The notes under the pieces: generated by a model
The model's database searches: none
Seen by the model: the letters and a program-made list of their open reading frames with translations, nothing else
Told to the model about the DNA's origin: nothing
Position numbers and translations under genes: made by a program
Virus record (IMG/VR): IMGVR_UViG_3300045391_005020
Reading direction: 5' to 3' (one strand)
Origin: a virus
Lineage: Duplodnaviria; Caudoviricetes
Length of the DNA: 64,000 nucleotides
Shown here: positions 25,993-34,480 of the stretch, one piece after another
Position numbering within the stretch: position 1 is the stretch's first letter
Layout: each line of letters begins with the position of its first letter

Positions 25993-26522
25993 GGTTGTCC
26001 TATTCCGAGGCTTTTAACCGCCTCGAGGTATTCTTCTTCAAGTTCTGGATCGGTGCCCACCAGGGCTTCCCGATAGAGCTGCATCGACTCGGTCCCGTAG
26101 AGGCGCTTGAAGTCCTCATCGGCGCCGGCCATGTCGAGCAAGTTGTCGATTCGATCCGCCAGCTTGATGCACTTGACGCCCGGAATCAGGCTCGCGATAT
26201 GCTTGCGATCGAGCGCCTTGCGCTCAGCGCGACTGAGTTCGGGGTGCTGCTTGGACGGATTCGTGAGGTCGTGGACGATATGGTGGATCGACGTGAAGCA
26301 GTTGAACTCACGCCAGATGTCGTCCAGCTTGACCCCACAGTCCTCGACGACGTCGTGGAGCCACGCTGCGGCGATGAACTCGTCGTTGGTGAATCGGGGG
26401 TGCCTGCACAGTCGGGCCGCCACGCGACCCGGGTGCTCGATATAGGGTCGGTTCGTGTATTTCCTGAGCTGGCCACGATGCGCCTTCTCGGCGAACTTGG
26501 CAGCCTGAATGATCAGGTTCAT
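25977..26522 (-). CDS. HD-domain small alarmone hydrolase (SpoT/Mesh1-like)
   Basis: AH.GQ.RK..RPYIEHP, AAWLHDVVED, IKLADRIDNL. Confidence 0.9.
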   Translation of the reverse strand: MNLIIQAAKFAEKAHRGQLRKYTNRPYIEHPGRVAARLCRHPRFTNDEFIAAAWLHDVVEDCGVKLDDIWREFNCFTSIHHIVHDLTNPSKQHPELSRAERKALDRKHIASLIPGVKCIKLADRIDNLLDMAGADEDFKRLYGTESMQLYREALVGTDPELEEEYLEAVKSLGIGQPWELK

Positions 26523-26538
26523 GAATTACCTAATGTAG

Positions 26539-26772
26539 TTACTCGAGTTCGAGTATTTCGAATTGGTTCTGGGCGTGCTCGTGGTCGAGAGACCCGACCA
26601 TGTAGAAGCACAATTCGCGCAGGAGGGCGGTGTCCGAGCCGTCAGCGGCTGGGCCTTCCTCGGCGATCCTGATGAGTCGTTCGTATTGTTCTTCCATCTT
26701 GGCACGCGCCTGGTCCTCCAGGGCGGCCATACGGATCAGCTCGCGTTTTATCTGAGCCTTCACGTCCTGCAT
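26539..26772 (-). CDS. hypothetical protein
   Basis: AGGAGG RBS inside hairpin; promoter upstream. Confidence 0.7.
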   Translation of the reverse strand: MQDVKAQIKRELIRMAALEDQARAKMEEQYERLIRIAEEGPAADGSDTALLRELCFYMVGSLDHEHAQNQFEILELE

Positions 26773-26774
26773 GG

Positions 26775-26830
26775 TAATCCTCCTGTATGGGAGGATTATT
26801 ACACCGTCCCATCACAAACAAATGTATTGT
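26775..26830 (-). promoter_or_regulatory. promoter variant overlapping RBS-sequestering hairpin
   Basis: ACAATACAT-TTGTTT-N15-AATAAT; perfect 9-bp IR TAATCCTCC/GGAGGATTA at 26775-26798. Confidence 0.6.
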
Positions 26831-26871
26831 TTAATGGTAGAGTGAGACGTGTGAGTCGCCCCGTGAGACGC

Positions 26872-26901
26872 GAAGAGCTAGGCGATGTCACCTAGCTCTT
26901 C
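26872..26901. terminator. hairpin downstream of multi-HTH gene
   Basis: GAAGAGCTAGG-N8-CCTAGCTCTTC; weak U-tract. Confidence 0.45.
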
Positions 26902-26947
26902 TGTACCCTATTAAGATTTGGTTAGCAATGCGTCGAAAACTAACGCC

Positions 26948-27790
26948 TCATTCGCTCACTTTTTGCGCATAACGCCGCGGAAACAGCTTCGGGTGGCGTC
27001 CGCGCCAGCGCGAGATGTGGACCCCCATCGAATTCGGGGAAATCTTCAGTGTCTTCGCGATGATATGCACGGTCTTGCCCTGGGCCCACATGGCCGCGGC
27101 TTTCTCCATCACCGGCGTGATGGTCATGACCTGTTCGCGACGTTCGACGTAGCGTTTGATCTTCTCGCTCTCATCGGTGATCGCTTGCTGCTCACGCTGC
27201 ACACGCTGCACCTGACGACGGCTAGGATGACCGGCCTTTAGGCAGATTTGACGCACCCGTTCCTTCGAGATCCCGAGCTTCTCGGCCAAGACGGTGTGCT
27301 CGGTGCCCTTGAGGTCTTCCTCAAGGATCCAGTCGCGCTGCTTAGGGGTCACCTTGATGAGCTGATCGTAGGCAGCGCTGGGCTTGCCGGAAATACGACC
27401 AACAGGGCGCATTGGGATCTTATGTTTCACCAGGACGCGTCGAATCATGACAACCGTGGTGTCGTAGCGGGCCGCAAGATCGCGCAGCGTCGCATTCTCA
27501 TTATAAGCCTTACAGATCGCCTCTTCGTACGGAGCAAGTTTCTCCGGACGGGTGTGAGACGACTTGGCGGGGCGGGCCTGTTCCTTCGGGGTCAGGCTCG
27601 GCGTGGGGTCGGTGGCCTGGATCCACTTGGCCACCCGATTGGTGGTCTTCGCGACAGGTAGTGGTTTCGGTTTCGGCTGCTTCGGGGCTTTGACACCCAA
27701 CAGCGCCTGCTCGAGGAAGCTGAGGCCGTGTTGGACGGTGTTCTCCAACAGCTCTGGCCGTCGCTTCTGGGTTTTCTTGGTTCCGCTCAT
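26948..27790 (-). CDS. multi-HTH transcription regulator with sigma70 region-4-like HTH
   Basis: TLRDLAARYDTTVVMIRR; LAEKLGISKERVRQI; IIAKTLKISPNSMGVHISR. Confidence 0.7.
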   Translation of the reverse strand: MSGTKKTQKRRPELLENTVQHGLSFLEQALLGVKAPKQPKPKPLPVAKTTNRVAKWIQATDPTPSLTPKEQARPAKSSHTRPEKLAPYEEAICKAYNENATLRDLAARYDTTVVMIRRVLVKHKIPMRPVGRISGKPSAAYDQLIKVTPKQRDWILEEDLKGTEHTVLAEKLGISKERVRQICLKAGHPSRRQVQRVQREQQAITDESEKIKRYVERREQVMTITPVMEKAAAMWAQGKTVHIIAKTLKISPNSMGVHISRWRGRHPKLFPRRYAQKVSE

Positions 27791-27839
27791 AGTCGGTCTC
27801 CGTTGGATAAGGGGAGGACGATGCTGACCTTTTACATCC

Positions 27840-27860
27840 GGTCAAGTTGTTTGTCACGAT
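27840..27860 (-). promoter_or_regulatory. degenerate promoter element
   Basis: ATCGTGACAAACAAC-TTGACC; no clear -10 box. Confidence 0.4.
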
Positions 27861-27937
27861 GTGGACATCGTCCAAATGGTCCCGTATGAATCATGTACAA
27901 TAGGATTGCCTGAAAGGCAAATGGACCTCCGTGGAAA

Positions 27938-27970
27938 TGACAAAACCCTGCCGAGTGGCAGGGTTTTGTG
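27938..27970. terminator. bidirectional intrinsic terminator
   Basis: ACAAAACCCTGCC-GAGT-GGCAGGGTTTTGT. Confidence 0.8.
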
Positions 27971-27991
27971 TGTCTGTAGAGGCTACCGGCT

Positions 27992-29053
27992 TCAGCCCTT
28001 GACAAGTCGGGTCTTCTCCTGTCCCAGGAATTCCACTGCGGTTTTGGCGGCACCTAGCACGTCGGCAGTGCCGACATAGGGCTTCAGGACCTCGCCGAGC
28101 GGCGGATAGACCACGCCGGCGCCGTCCAGGATGGCCGCGATGGCCTTGTCGTCGAACTCCTTGCCCTCTTCCGGTATCAGCGGATTCAGTCGAGCCAACA
28201 GGGAGTCTATCAGGGTAACTTGGGTGACGTTCTGGCCGTCGGTTCCCGGCACCAGCTCGTTGGAGGCGAAGTGGCGACGCTGGTCGTCGTCGCACAGCTT
28301 CATCCGCATGTATTCGATGCATGCGCCGGCCAGCGACTTGATGTCGGCCTTGGCTAGGTCGATCTGGTTCTTGCCCGAGTTGAGCTCGGGGTTCTGGATC
28401 GCCAGCAGCTGCAACCGGTGGTCGAGCTTGGGACATTTGAGCGAGGCGAGCTGGATGGTGTCTTCGAGACGTTCGCGGTGCTCCTTGATCGCCTCGTCGG
28501 TCTCGGCCTTCAGGAAGGCCTCGAACTCTTCGGTAATATCCTGCATGGCCTCGATCATGTTGTCTCGCTCATGATCGGTCAGGCGGGCCGGGTTCTTCTC
28601 GTCGTCGACAATATCCTTGTCTGCCTTCTTCTGGACCTTGAAGGCGCCCACGAACGGGATGACCTTCACGATCGCAAATTCGTGCATCCAGATGAACTTC
28701 GAACCCTCACTGGGGTAGAAGCCCTGGCCGTCGTCGTCGCCGATCGGCTGGTATAGGCGGTTGCCGAACCGGCAGTAGAACTTGCCCTTCTCGGCCACGA
28801 AACCGGTCTGTTCCCAGAAGTACTGGCCTTCTTCCTTCTGGGGCGGACGTGACATCAGGATCGCGTTCCCCATGGACTTGAGCGCTTCGTTGAGCTTCTC
28901 GAGCCAGTTGATCAGTACCACGCGTCGCTCAGCTGCCGCTTTGATCTCGGCTTCCTTGGCCGCGTCGGCCGCGGAGGGTGCCTGGGCGATCTCGACCAAT
29001 GCCGGCGGAACCTCGACAGGGGTCACGGGCTGGGGCTGAGCTTCTTCAGTCAT
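27992..29053 (-). CDS. hypothetical protein (MTEEAQPQP...)
   Basis: Own promoter, AAGGA RBS and terminator: monocistronic unit. Confidence 0.8.
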   Translation of the reverse strand: MTEEAQPQPVTPVEVPPALVEIAQAPSAADAAKEAEIKAAAERRVVLINWLEKLNEALKSMGNAILMSRPPQKEEGQYFWEQTGFVAEKGKFYCRFGNRLYQPIGDDDGQGFYPSEGSKFIWMHEFAIVKVIPFVGAFKVQKKADKDIVDDEKNPARLTDHERDNMIEAMQDITEEFEAFLKAETDEAIKEHRERLEDTIQLASLKCPKLDHRLQLLAIQNPELNSGKNQIDLAKADIKSLAGACIEYMRMKLCDDDQRRHFASNELVPGTDGQNVTQVTLIDSLLARLNPLIPEEGKEFDDKAIAAILDGAGVVYPPLGEVLKPYVGTADVLGAAKTAVEFLGQEKTRLVKG

Positions 29054-29058
29054 AAGTG

Positions 29059-29124
29059 TCCTTGGGGGAAGTTGTGCCCCCAAGGATCACGATTTTTACC
29101 AGTAGTCAAGTCTATTGTCTTGAT
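29059..29124 (-). promoter_or_regulatory. promoter element overlapping RBS-sequestering hairpin
   Basis: ATCAAGACAATAGAC-TTGACT-N15-GATCCT; 10-bp IR TCCTTGGGGG/CCCCCAAGGA at 29059-29086. Confidence 0.75.
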
Positions 29125-29144
29125 CTTACCTACGTAGGGAACCC

Positions 29145-29465
29145 CTAGACGGGCGGGTTCGGGGCGATGTAGTTGGGGTCGAGGTTCGACGGGTCGGCCA
29201 GAAATACGTCCAGGTCCTCGATCGTGAAGTCCTCGAGGTGTCCTTCGTGGTCGCACTCGTAGCACCGAGCGTAGCTCCTATCGCCCCATTCGACGTCACC
29301 GTAGCTGTCGGTGCCGTCGTCGCTGACGTCCATTAGACAGGTGGACTCGATCAGGAGTCGGCGACGGTTCCCGCATTTTGGGCAGGCCTTGTCGGTCAGG
29401 CAGTTGTCGTTCCGCTTGATCTTCTCGACCGGCCCAAATTTCTGGACGAACTCTTCCGGGGTCAC
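29145..29465 (-). CDS. Zn-ribbon hypothetical protein
   Basis: CPKC...CYEC; GTGA overlap. Confidence 0.65.
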   Translation of the reverse strand: MTPEEFVQKFGPVEKIKRNDNCLTDKACPKCGNRRRLLIESTCLMDVSDDGTDSYGDVEWGDRSYARCYECDHEGHLEDFTIEDLDVFLADPSNLDPNYIAPNPPV

Positions 29466-29956
29466 GCCGCGCCAGCCGCGACCGGCGCCGACTCGGCGAT
29501 GCGGGTCAGCAGGTCCTTCGAGACGATCATGGACTCGACTTCGAGCCAGCCGCCCTGGTGGGACGCGTTGCACGAGAACGACACGCCCGTCTTGTAGACG
29601 CGCATGTACACGCTCACGCCCTGGAAGTCATGGTGGGCGCCGATGTGCGGATAATCCGCGGGCAACTCACGGATCCAGGTGTTTCCGTCCTGACCAAGCA
29701 GGTTCAGACGATCCACGCTGTACCCGAGCTTGTCCGCGACACTGCGCGGAGCGGCCCAGAACACGAACGGGCAATTGAGGGCGAGGTGATCGACCTCGGC
29801 CCCGAGAGCGCCCGAAGCACGCGCCATCGCTTCCACGCTGCCGAGCAGACGAAGGAAGTAACGGGCGCGATCCGGAGTCAGATCGATGGCCGCGCACTGG
29901 CGCGGTTCATCGGGGGCCTGGTCAGCGACCGAAGTCGCGCGGATGAGCAGTTTCAT
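29462..29956 (-). CDS. hypothetical protein
   Basis: AAGGAG RBS. Confidence 0.7.
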   Translation of the reverse strand: MKLLIRATSVADQAPDEPRQCAAIDLTPDRARYFLRLLGSVEAMARASGALGAEVDHLALNCPFVFWAAPRSVADKLGYSVDRLNLLGQDGNTWIRELPADYPHIGAHHDFQGVSVYMRVYKTGVSFSCNASHQGGWLEVESMIVSKDLLTRIAESAPVAAGAA

Positions 29957-29966
29957 GGGAACTCCT

Positions 29967-30533
29967 TTAAGCCGTTTTGTTACGAGCTAACTGAACAATG
30001 ACTTGTTGGGTCAGGGACGACACAGCGCTGGTCGGCTGCTGACTTGCGAGTGGGATCAGGATGGCCTCAGCGGCCTCGATGTCGTGGCCGAGAGAGCGCA
30101 ATGCCGCGAGCGCCTGGCCGATCCGTGGATCGACTGTGGCCGCGAGCTCTCCTGATTGCTTGAGATGGTTGATGATGTTGGTCATCTTGGTCGACCCGAC
30201 GCCCTTCACGACCCGTAGGCCCGAAGAGTCGCCGGTCACGACGGCGCGTGCGATCGCATCGTGCCCTAGTTCGGTCACGACCTTGTGGGCGATCTTGGGT
30301 CCGATCCCGTCAGTGCCCTCGACCATGCGGGCAAGCTGGCGTTCCTGGTAGGATTCGAACCCGTACAGGATCACGCCCTTGTCAGTCTGGTGTTGCCAGA
30401 TCCACAAGGTGGCAGGACCGTTCTTGAGCGGGAATCGGCTCCCGACCATGACTTCGTACCCGACCGCGCCGGCCAACAGGACGGCGCTACCAGGCGACGA
30501 AGCCACGATGGTGCCGGCGAGGTAGCTGATCAC
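29967..30533 (-). CDS. ruvA: Holliday junction DNA-binding protein RuvA
   Basis: MISYLAG, VGYEV, LYGF...ER, GIGPKIA and KGVG HhH motifs, C-terminal ALxSLG. Confidence 0.9.
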   Translation of the reverse strand: MISYLAGTIVASSPGSAVLLAGAVGYEVMVGSRFPLKNGPATLWIWQHQTDKGVILYGFESYQERQLARMVEGTDGIGPKIAHKVVTELGHDAIARAVVTGDSSGLRVVKGVGSTKMTNIINHLKQSGELAATVDPRIGQALAALRSLGHDIEAAEAILIPLASQQPTSAVSSLTQQVIVQLARNKTA

Positions 30534-31663
30534 AATGCACCCGCGGCCTCGAGGGCCACCACCAGGGCGCGATCCTTGATGTCGGCGCCGTTCCCGAACT
30601 GAGACGACTCGAAGCGAGCCATCTGGTCCGAGATAGCGCGACGCTGCTGAGTCGGACGCTCGTGGTCGATGTACTGGGTAATCGACTGAAGCGCGCTGAA
30701 GATCGTGTCCTTAGTGCCTTCCAGCTGGCAGGTCGGGCTCGCAAGAATCGCGGACAAGGTATCGTACCGCTTCTTCTCGTTCGCCTCGCGCATCGCCTTC
30801 GCACGTTCCGACTCGTCGCCCGGCTTAGCCTCTTCACCGGGTTCATCCCGGTCAGGCTCGGACTCGTCGACGCTCTCCCAAGTCTTCTTGATGATCTGAC
30901 GGAACAGTTCGTCGGTCAGGTCCTTGCGCGCCAAGATCTCGTAGGCTTCTTTGGTTCGTTCGACGGCCTTCAGGGTGCCGGCGTACGCCTTCTGGATATC
31001 CTCGAGAGCCTTGGTGATGCCCTTGGTGTGACGGATCATGAAGCCACCGGACAGACTCTTTTTCTTCTTACGGCGATTGCGCGCTCGCAGCATGGCTGCG
31101 TCGTGCAATGCCGCGCGCTGGGTATTCTGACACACCACGCGGGTGAGAGTCGGAACGACTCCCAGCATATGGTTGTAGATGTGTCCGTTGGTGAACAGCA
31201 TGTACGGGACGACGGTATCGTCCTTGCCGAGGCGGATCATCAGATCCGGCATCCGGACCAGAAACCACACGGTCTCGCCCTTACCGAGCGCGCCGGCGGT
31301 TTCCCAGATGAGATCATGATCGACGCCGGCGATGCCGCGTGCGACCTCAATAATCTGATAGTTTTGCACCGGTTCGTACGAATCGCGAACCGGACCCAGC
31401 ACAACGCCGTTGTCGGAGCGAGTCATCGAACACCAGCCGTCGACCTGGTGGTAGATCGATTGCGTTTCTCCGCCCCCGATATCGATCACTTCGGCGTGGT
31501 AGAGGGGTTTCTTCTCGACGATCCAATTCAGACCAGCGAGTTCCAGAACTTCGGTGTCCTGGATCGGCTTATCGATAATAGTGCCGAGACCGTGCCATGC
31601 GGGCTCCTTGAGGGAGAACATCGCGGCAGATCCATCGGCCTTACGAGCGAGATTGTGAGCCAT
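30530..31663 (-). CDS. DUF932 / phage-plasmid TIGR03299-like protein
   Basis: MAHNL, PAWHGLG, YEPVQN, ETAGALG.G, RVVCQNT, IRHT. Confidence 0.9.
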   Translation of the reverse strand: MAHNLARKADGSAAMFSLKEPAWHGLGTIIDKPIQDTEVLELAGLNWIVEKKPLYHAEVIDIGGGETQSIYHQVDGWCSMTRSDNGVVLGPVRDSYEPVQNYQIIEVARGIAGVDHDLIWETAGALGKGETVWFLVRMPDLMIRLGKDDTVVPYMLFTNGHIYNHMLGVVPTLTRVVCQNTQRAALHDAAMLRARNRRKKKKSLSGGFMIRHTKGITKALEDIQKAYAGTLKAVERTKEAYEILARKDLTDELFRQIIKKTWESVDESEPDRDEPGEEAKPGDESERAKAMREANEKKRYDTLSAILASPTCQLEGTKDTIFSALQSITQYIDHERPTQQRRAISDQMARFESSQFGNGADIKDRALVVALEAAGAL

Positions 31664-31681
31664 ATGATTCCTTGTGGTTCA

Positions 31682-31713
31682 TAAAACAAAATCCCAGTCG
31701 CGAGACTGGGATT
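31682..31713 (-). terminator. intrinsic terminator
   Basis: AATCCCAGTC-TCGC-GACTGGGATT-TTGTTTT. Confidence 0.7.
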
Positions 31714-31745
31714 GCTGAGATTCAAAGAGCCAGAGGCTCGTCTGA

Positions 31746-32009
31746 TTAGGCGTCGTTCAGGCGCACGTACACGTATTCGTCTTTGTTGCCCTTCTCGTCG
31801 CGCTGGCGCTTCAGCCGAAAGCCGGTGCGGGCCAGCGACGCGATGATCTCGCGCAGCGGATACGTCCGGTCCTGGTTGGCGAGGCGCCACTCGGGTTCTG
31901 CCTTGGCCGGAATCGCGCACTGTTGATTCACGGCGTCGATGATAACCGGAAGTGTGGTGCCGCCCGGAAGTGCATCCAGGATCGCGTCGAGTGCGGGCTT
32001 CGGGCTCAC
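31746..32009 (-). CDS. hypothetical protein (VSPKPALDA...)
   Basis: GTGA overlap, GGAG RBS. Confidence 0.6.
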   Translation of the reverse strand: MSPKPALDAILDALPGGTTLPVIIDAVNQQCAIPAKAEPEWRLANQDRTYPLREIIASLARTGFRLKRQRDEKGNKDEYVYVRLNDA

Positions 32010-32350
32010 ATGTTCTCCTTGACCGAATCCAGAGCGGCTCGGTCTTCTTCTGATAGCTGGCCGTCTTGGCTCAGCTGCTTGGCGATCTCTTTGCGGATAA
32101 GGCCGTCCATCACGATCGTGGCGACATCGGACGCGGTCCGGCACACCAAGAAGGCGATCGCGAGCGTCTCGATCATGCCCAACACGTTCCCGATCTGGCC
32201 GTGGAAGAACCACACCAGACCCAGGATGATCCCGAGGGTAACCAGGAGGCGCGATGATCCGAATCGCGGCGTCGCTTTGGCACCCAGCGCGTCGATCTTG
32301 CCCTTGAGATCGCTGGCAATCAGTTTCGTGATGTCGTCGAGCGTGGCCAT
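32006..32350 (-). CDS. 2-TM membrane protein
   Basis: Two hydrophobic helices; GAGGGG RBS. Confidence 0.7.
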   Translation of the reverse strand: MATLDDITKLIASDLKGKIDALGAKATPRFGSSRLLVTLGIILGLVWFFHGQIGNVLGMIETLAIAFLVCRTASDVATIVMDGLIRKEIAKQLSQDGQLSEEDRAALDSVKENM

Positions 32351-32359
32351 GTGGTCCCC

Positions 32360-32950
32360 TCAGAAGCGAGTCGTGAACGACCCATACAAAATATTGTCGG
32401 AGTCGCCGCCCTGGTAATCCCACAGGCGACCGAACCCGATCCCGAAATGACTCCAATTGTGCCCGAAGTAATCGGGCGGCGGATACAAGCTGAGTCCTAC
32501 GCCGGCGCCGTCCTGGCCGATCAACAGATCCGGCGCAGTGGTGCCGTACAGGAGTCGAACGGGACTGTACCGGATACCGACGGCCATGCCGTCGTGGTTC
32601 TCGGTGGAGCCGCCCATGTACGCGCCAGCGAAGGTTCCGATGTCGAAACCGGGGTCTATCAGGTAACGGTCCCGCAGGACGCGCGTCGACCACTTGTCGG
32701 AGTCGGCCTGATCAGGCGTCTGGTAGAACTGACCCGACGATACGTCGGCGGTGAACTTGTCCCCGGAGGCCACGTGGGTGACCTCAACGGTCCCGTCCAC
32801 CTGGTCGCCGTGGCGCACCACGTGGAACTGGGTCTTGGGATCGATCAGCTCTTTGCCGTTCAGGGTAGCGGCCGGGGTCAGGTTGAACCACATAGTGGCC
32901 GCAACCACGATCAGGATCGCGCCCCCGATAAGCTTTTCACTGAAGTCCAT
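32360..32950 (-). CDS. membrane-anchored beta-rich protein ending in Phe
   Basis: N-terminal TM; Gly/aromatic alternating strands; C-terminus YGSFTTRF. Confidence 0.7.
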   Translation of the reverse strand: MDFSEKLIGGAILIVVAATMWFNLTPAATLNGKELIDPKTQFHVVRHGDQVDGTVEVTHVASGDKFTADVSSGQFYQTPDQADSDKWSTRVLRDRYLIDPGFDIGTFAGAYMGGSTENHDGMAVGIRYSPVRLLYGTTAPDLLIGQDGAGVGLSLYPPPDYFGHNWSHFGIGFGRLWDYQGGDSDNILYGSFTTRF

Positions 32951-32958
32951 GGCCGGCC

Positions 32959-33000
32959 ATTGTGACGTCTAAAGCGTGAAAGCAAGTCTATTGTTTTGAT
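32959..33000 (-). promoter_or_regulatory. conserved promoter element
   Basis: ATCAAAACAATAGAC-TTGCTT-N15-CACAAT; ATG 8 nt downstream. Confidence 0.7.
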
Positions 33001-33578
33001 GTGTCATTACCGTGCGGTTGGCCTGTTTTCTTGGCTTCCCGGCGGGCTTTGGCGCGATCCTGGGCCAGTTTCTTGGTCTTGGCCTTATGACAGGGCTGGC
33101 ACAGGGTCATGTAGTTCTCGAGCCCGCACTCGCCCCCGCCGTTCACGACTTCCAGGACATGGTCCGCATCCCACAAGGACTTGCGGTGCTGGTCGAACCC
33201 GAGCTCCCTCAGGAACGCCGCGACTTCCTTGTGGCTCGGGTGCTGGCACATGTAGCTGTGATAAGATCCGCGACACCAGGTCGGGTGCGGATTCTGATCG
33301 TCCGGCGCATACAGCAGGATCTTGGCGATGCGGGCAATACGCGCGCAATCGGCCCCGCAGATTCCGCAGATCCCATGATCCCTGGTTTCGACCGCGGTCC
33401 GAACGTACCCGGCGTCGGTCCTGATGCGCCATTCGTGCACGCATGGGTCGCCGCAGAAGGTACGGCGAGGCGGTTTGACTTCGGTCCCGCACCAGCGGCA
33501 CAAACGGCGGCCGTTCGGACCCTTCTGACCGTGATAACGATTCCTGATTTCGCGAGACAGTTTCCTGGAAAGGCTCAC
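32988..33578 (-). CDS. HNH endonuclease with N-terminal Zn finger
   Basis: RDHGICGIC...WDADHVLEV.NGGG.CGLENYMTLCQPCHKAKT. Confidence 0.88.
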   Translation of the reverse strand: MSLSRKLSREIRNRYHGQKGPNGRRLCRWCGTEVKPPRRTFCGDPCVHEWRIRTDAGYVRTAVETRDHGICGICGADCARIARIAKILLYAPDDQNPHPTWCRGSYHSYMCQHPSHKEVAAFLRELGFDQHRKSLWDADHVLEVVNGGGECGLENYMTLCQPCHKAKTKKLAQDRAKARREAKKTGQPHGNDTSKQ

Positions 33579-33584
33579 CCTCCC

Positions 33585-33625
33585 AGGATCGTGACAATAG
33601 AGTTGATTTCAACCCTATTGTGGAT
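33585..33625 (-). promoter_or_regulatory. promoter element within a dyad of two motif copies
   Basis: Minus: ACAATAGGG-TTGAAA-N16-GATCCT, GTG 6 nt later; plus: ATCGTGACAATAGAG-TTGATT. Confidence 0.55.
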
Positions 33626-33806
33626 CGGTAGGCCAGAAGCCGGTCCACTTGACCAGCTTGGGGTCGTGGCCCTCGCACTCCTCGGTTCCTTCGCACATAA
33701 GACGCTGGCCGCCGCATACCGAGCACCGCTCGACATCGCAGCCCTGCTGGTGCTTTCGTCCCGGCTCGACGTAGCAGTCCGGGCACTTGGTCGGTTTATT
33801 TCCCAT
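33615..33806 (-). CDS. small Cys-rich Zn-binding phage protein
   Basis: [19 protein letters not shown]. Confidence 0.7.
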   Translation of the reverse strand: MGNKPTKCPDCYVEPGRKHQQGCDVERCSVCGGQRLMCEGTEECEGHDPKLVKWTGFWPTDPQ

Positions 33807-34095
33807 CTGGGCCTCCGTTGATCCGGATGAACCATTGAAAGTTGTCGCGGACCGTATCTCGAAATGGAACGAAGAGACTGGTGCGCGGCGCCGATCTGGC
33901 CTCGCAGCCCAGTTTATTCAGCATGCAGGCCACGTCTCCGAGCAGATCCACGCTGCAGTTCAGCGCGACCCACAATCCGTCGTTCAGGCGCTCCACTACT
34001 TGGATGGGCATGCCCTTCCCCGCCTTCGACAGTGCCATATTGGCAGCGATCACGGCCCGCATCTCGGGGTTCTGGGCTACTTCGTCTTGGTACAT
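33796..34095 (-). CDS. hypothetical protein
   Basis: TGATG overlap. Confidence 0.6.
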   Translation of the reverse strand: MYQDEVAQNPEMRAVIAANMALSKAGKGMPIQVVERLNDGLWVALNCSVDLLGDVACMLNKLGCEARSAPRTSLFVPFRDTVRDNFQWFIRINGGPDGK

Positions 34096-34253
34096 CAGTT
34101 CCTCTTCATTTCTCGAACCCACGTCGGTAGTGTGATCCGGTATTCTTTCATACAGGACAGCAACGAGATCAGATGCCGAACCTCGGCTCGTATTTTCTCT
34201 CGCTGCTGGATCCGGATAAGCCGGTTGATCACCGCTTCTTGTTCGGGGCTCAT
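34095..34253 (-). CDS. hypothetical protein (MSPEQE...)
   Basis: TGATG overlaps. Confidence 0.55.
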   Translation of the reverse strand: MSPEQEAVINRLIRIQQREKIRAEVRHLISLLSCMKEYRITLPTWVREMKRN

Positions 34254-34480
34254 CACGGCCAGAAACCCCACAGATTGGTGGTCTCGCGCTTCCGGACGAT
34301 CGCCGGATACTGCGCCATGATTTCCAGGAAGCACTTCTCGGTCAAACCGCGGCGTGCACAGAGCTCCCCGGTAGTCTTCCCGACAAACCGCGCGTCCCTC
34401 GTCTGGATCATCTGGATCAACTCGTCGATCGCGGCCTTGGTGTCTCGCCGCGGTGCACGATCCTTAGTTGGCTGGGTCAT
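34253..34480 (-). CDS. hypothetical protein
   Basis: Overlap tiling. Confidence 0.55.
   Translation of the reverse strand: MTQPTKDRAPRRDTKAAIDELIQMIQTRDARFVGKTTGELCARRGLTEKCFLEIMAQYPAIVRKRETTNLWGFWP

Noticed and set aside
26840-26872. GTGAGACG repeats (also near 40375)
   Set aside because: Only 8 nt and also present inside coding regions; cannot be separated from chance.
27890-27935. Plus-strand ACAAT-AGGA-TTGCCT motif copy
   Set aside because: No -10-like box at 15-17 nt, TTGCC is one arm of a small hairpin, and it points straight into a terminator; not counted as a promoter.
32006-32350. Holin call
   Set aside because: Topology is compatible but there is no endolysin or family motif.
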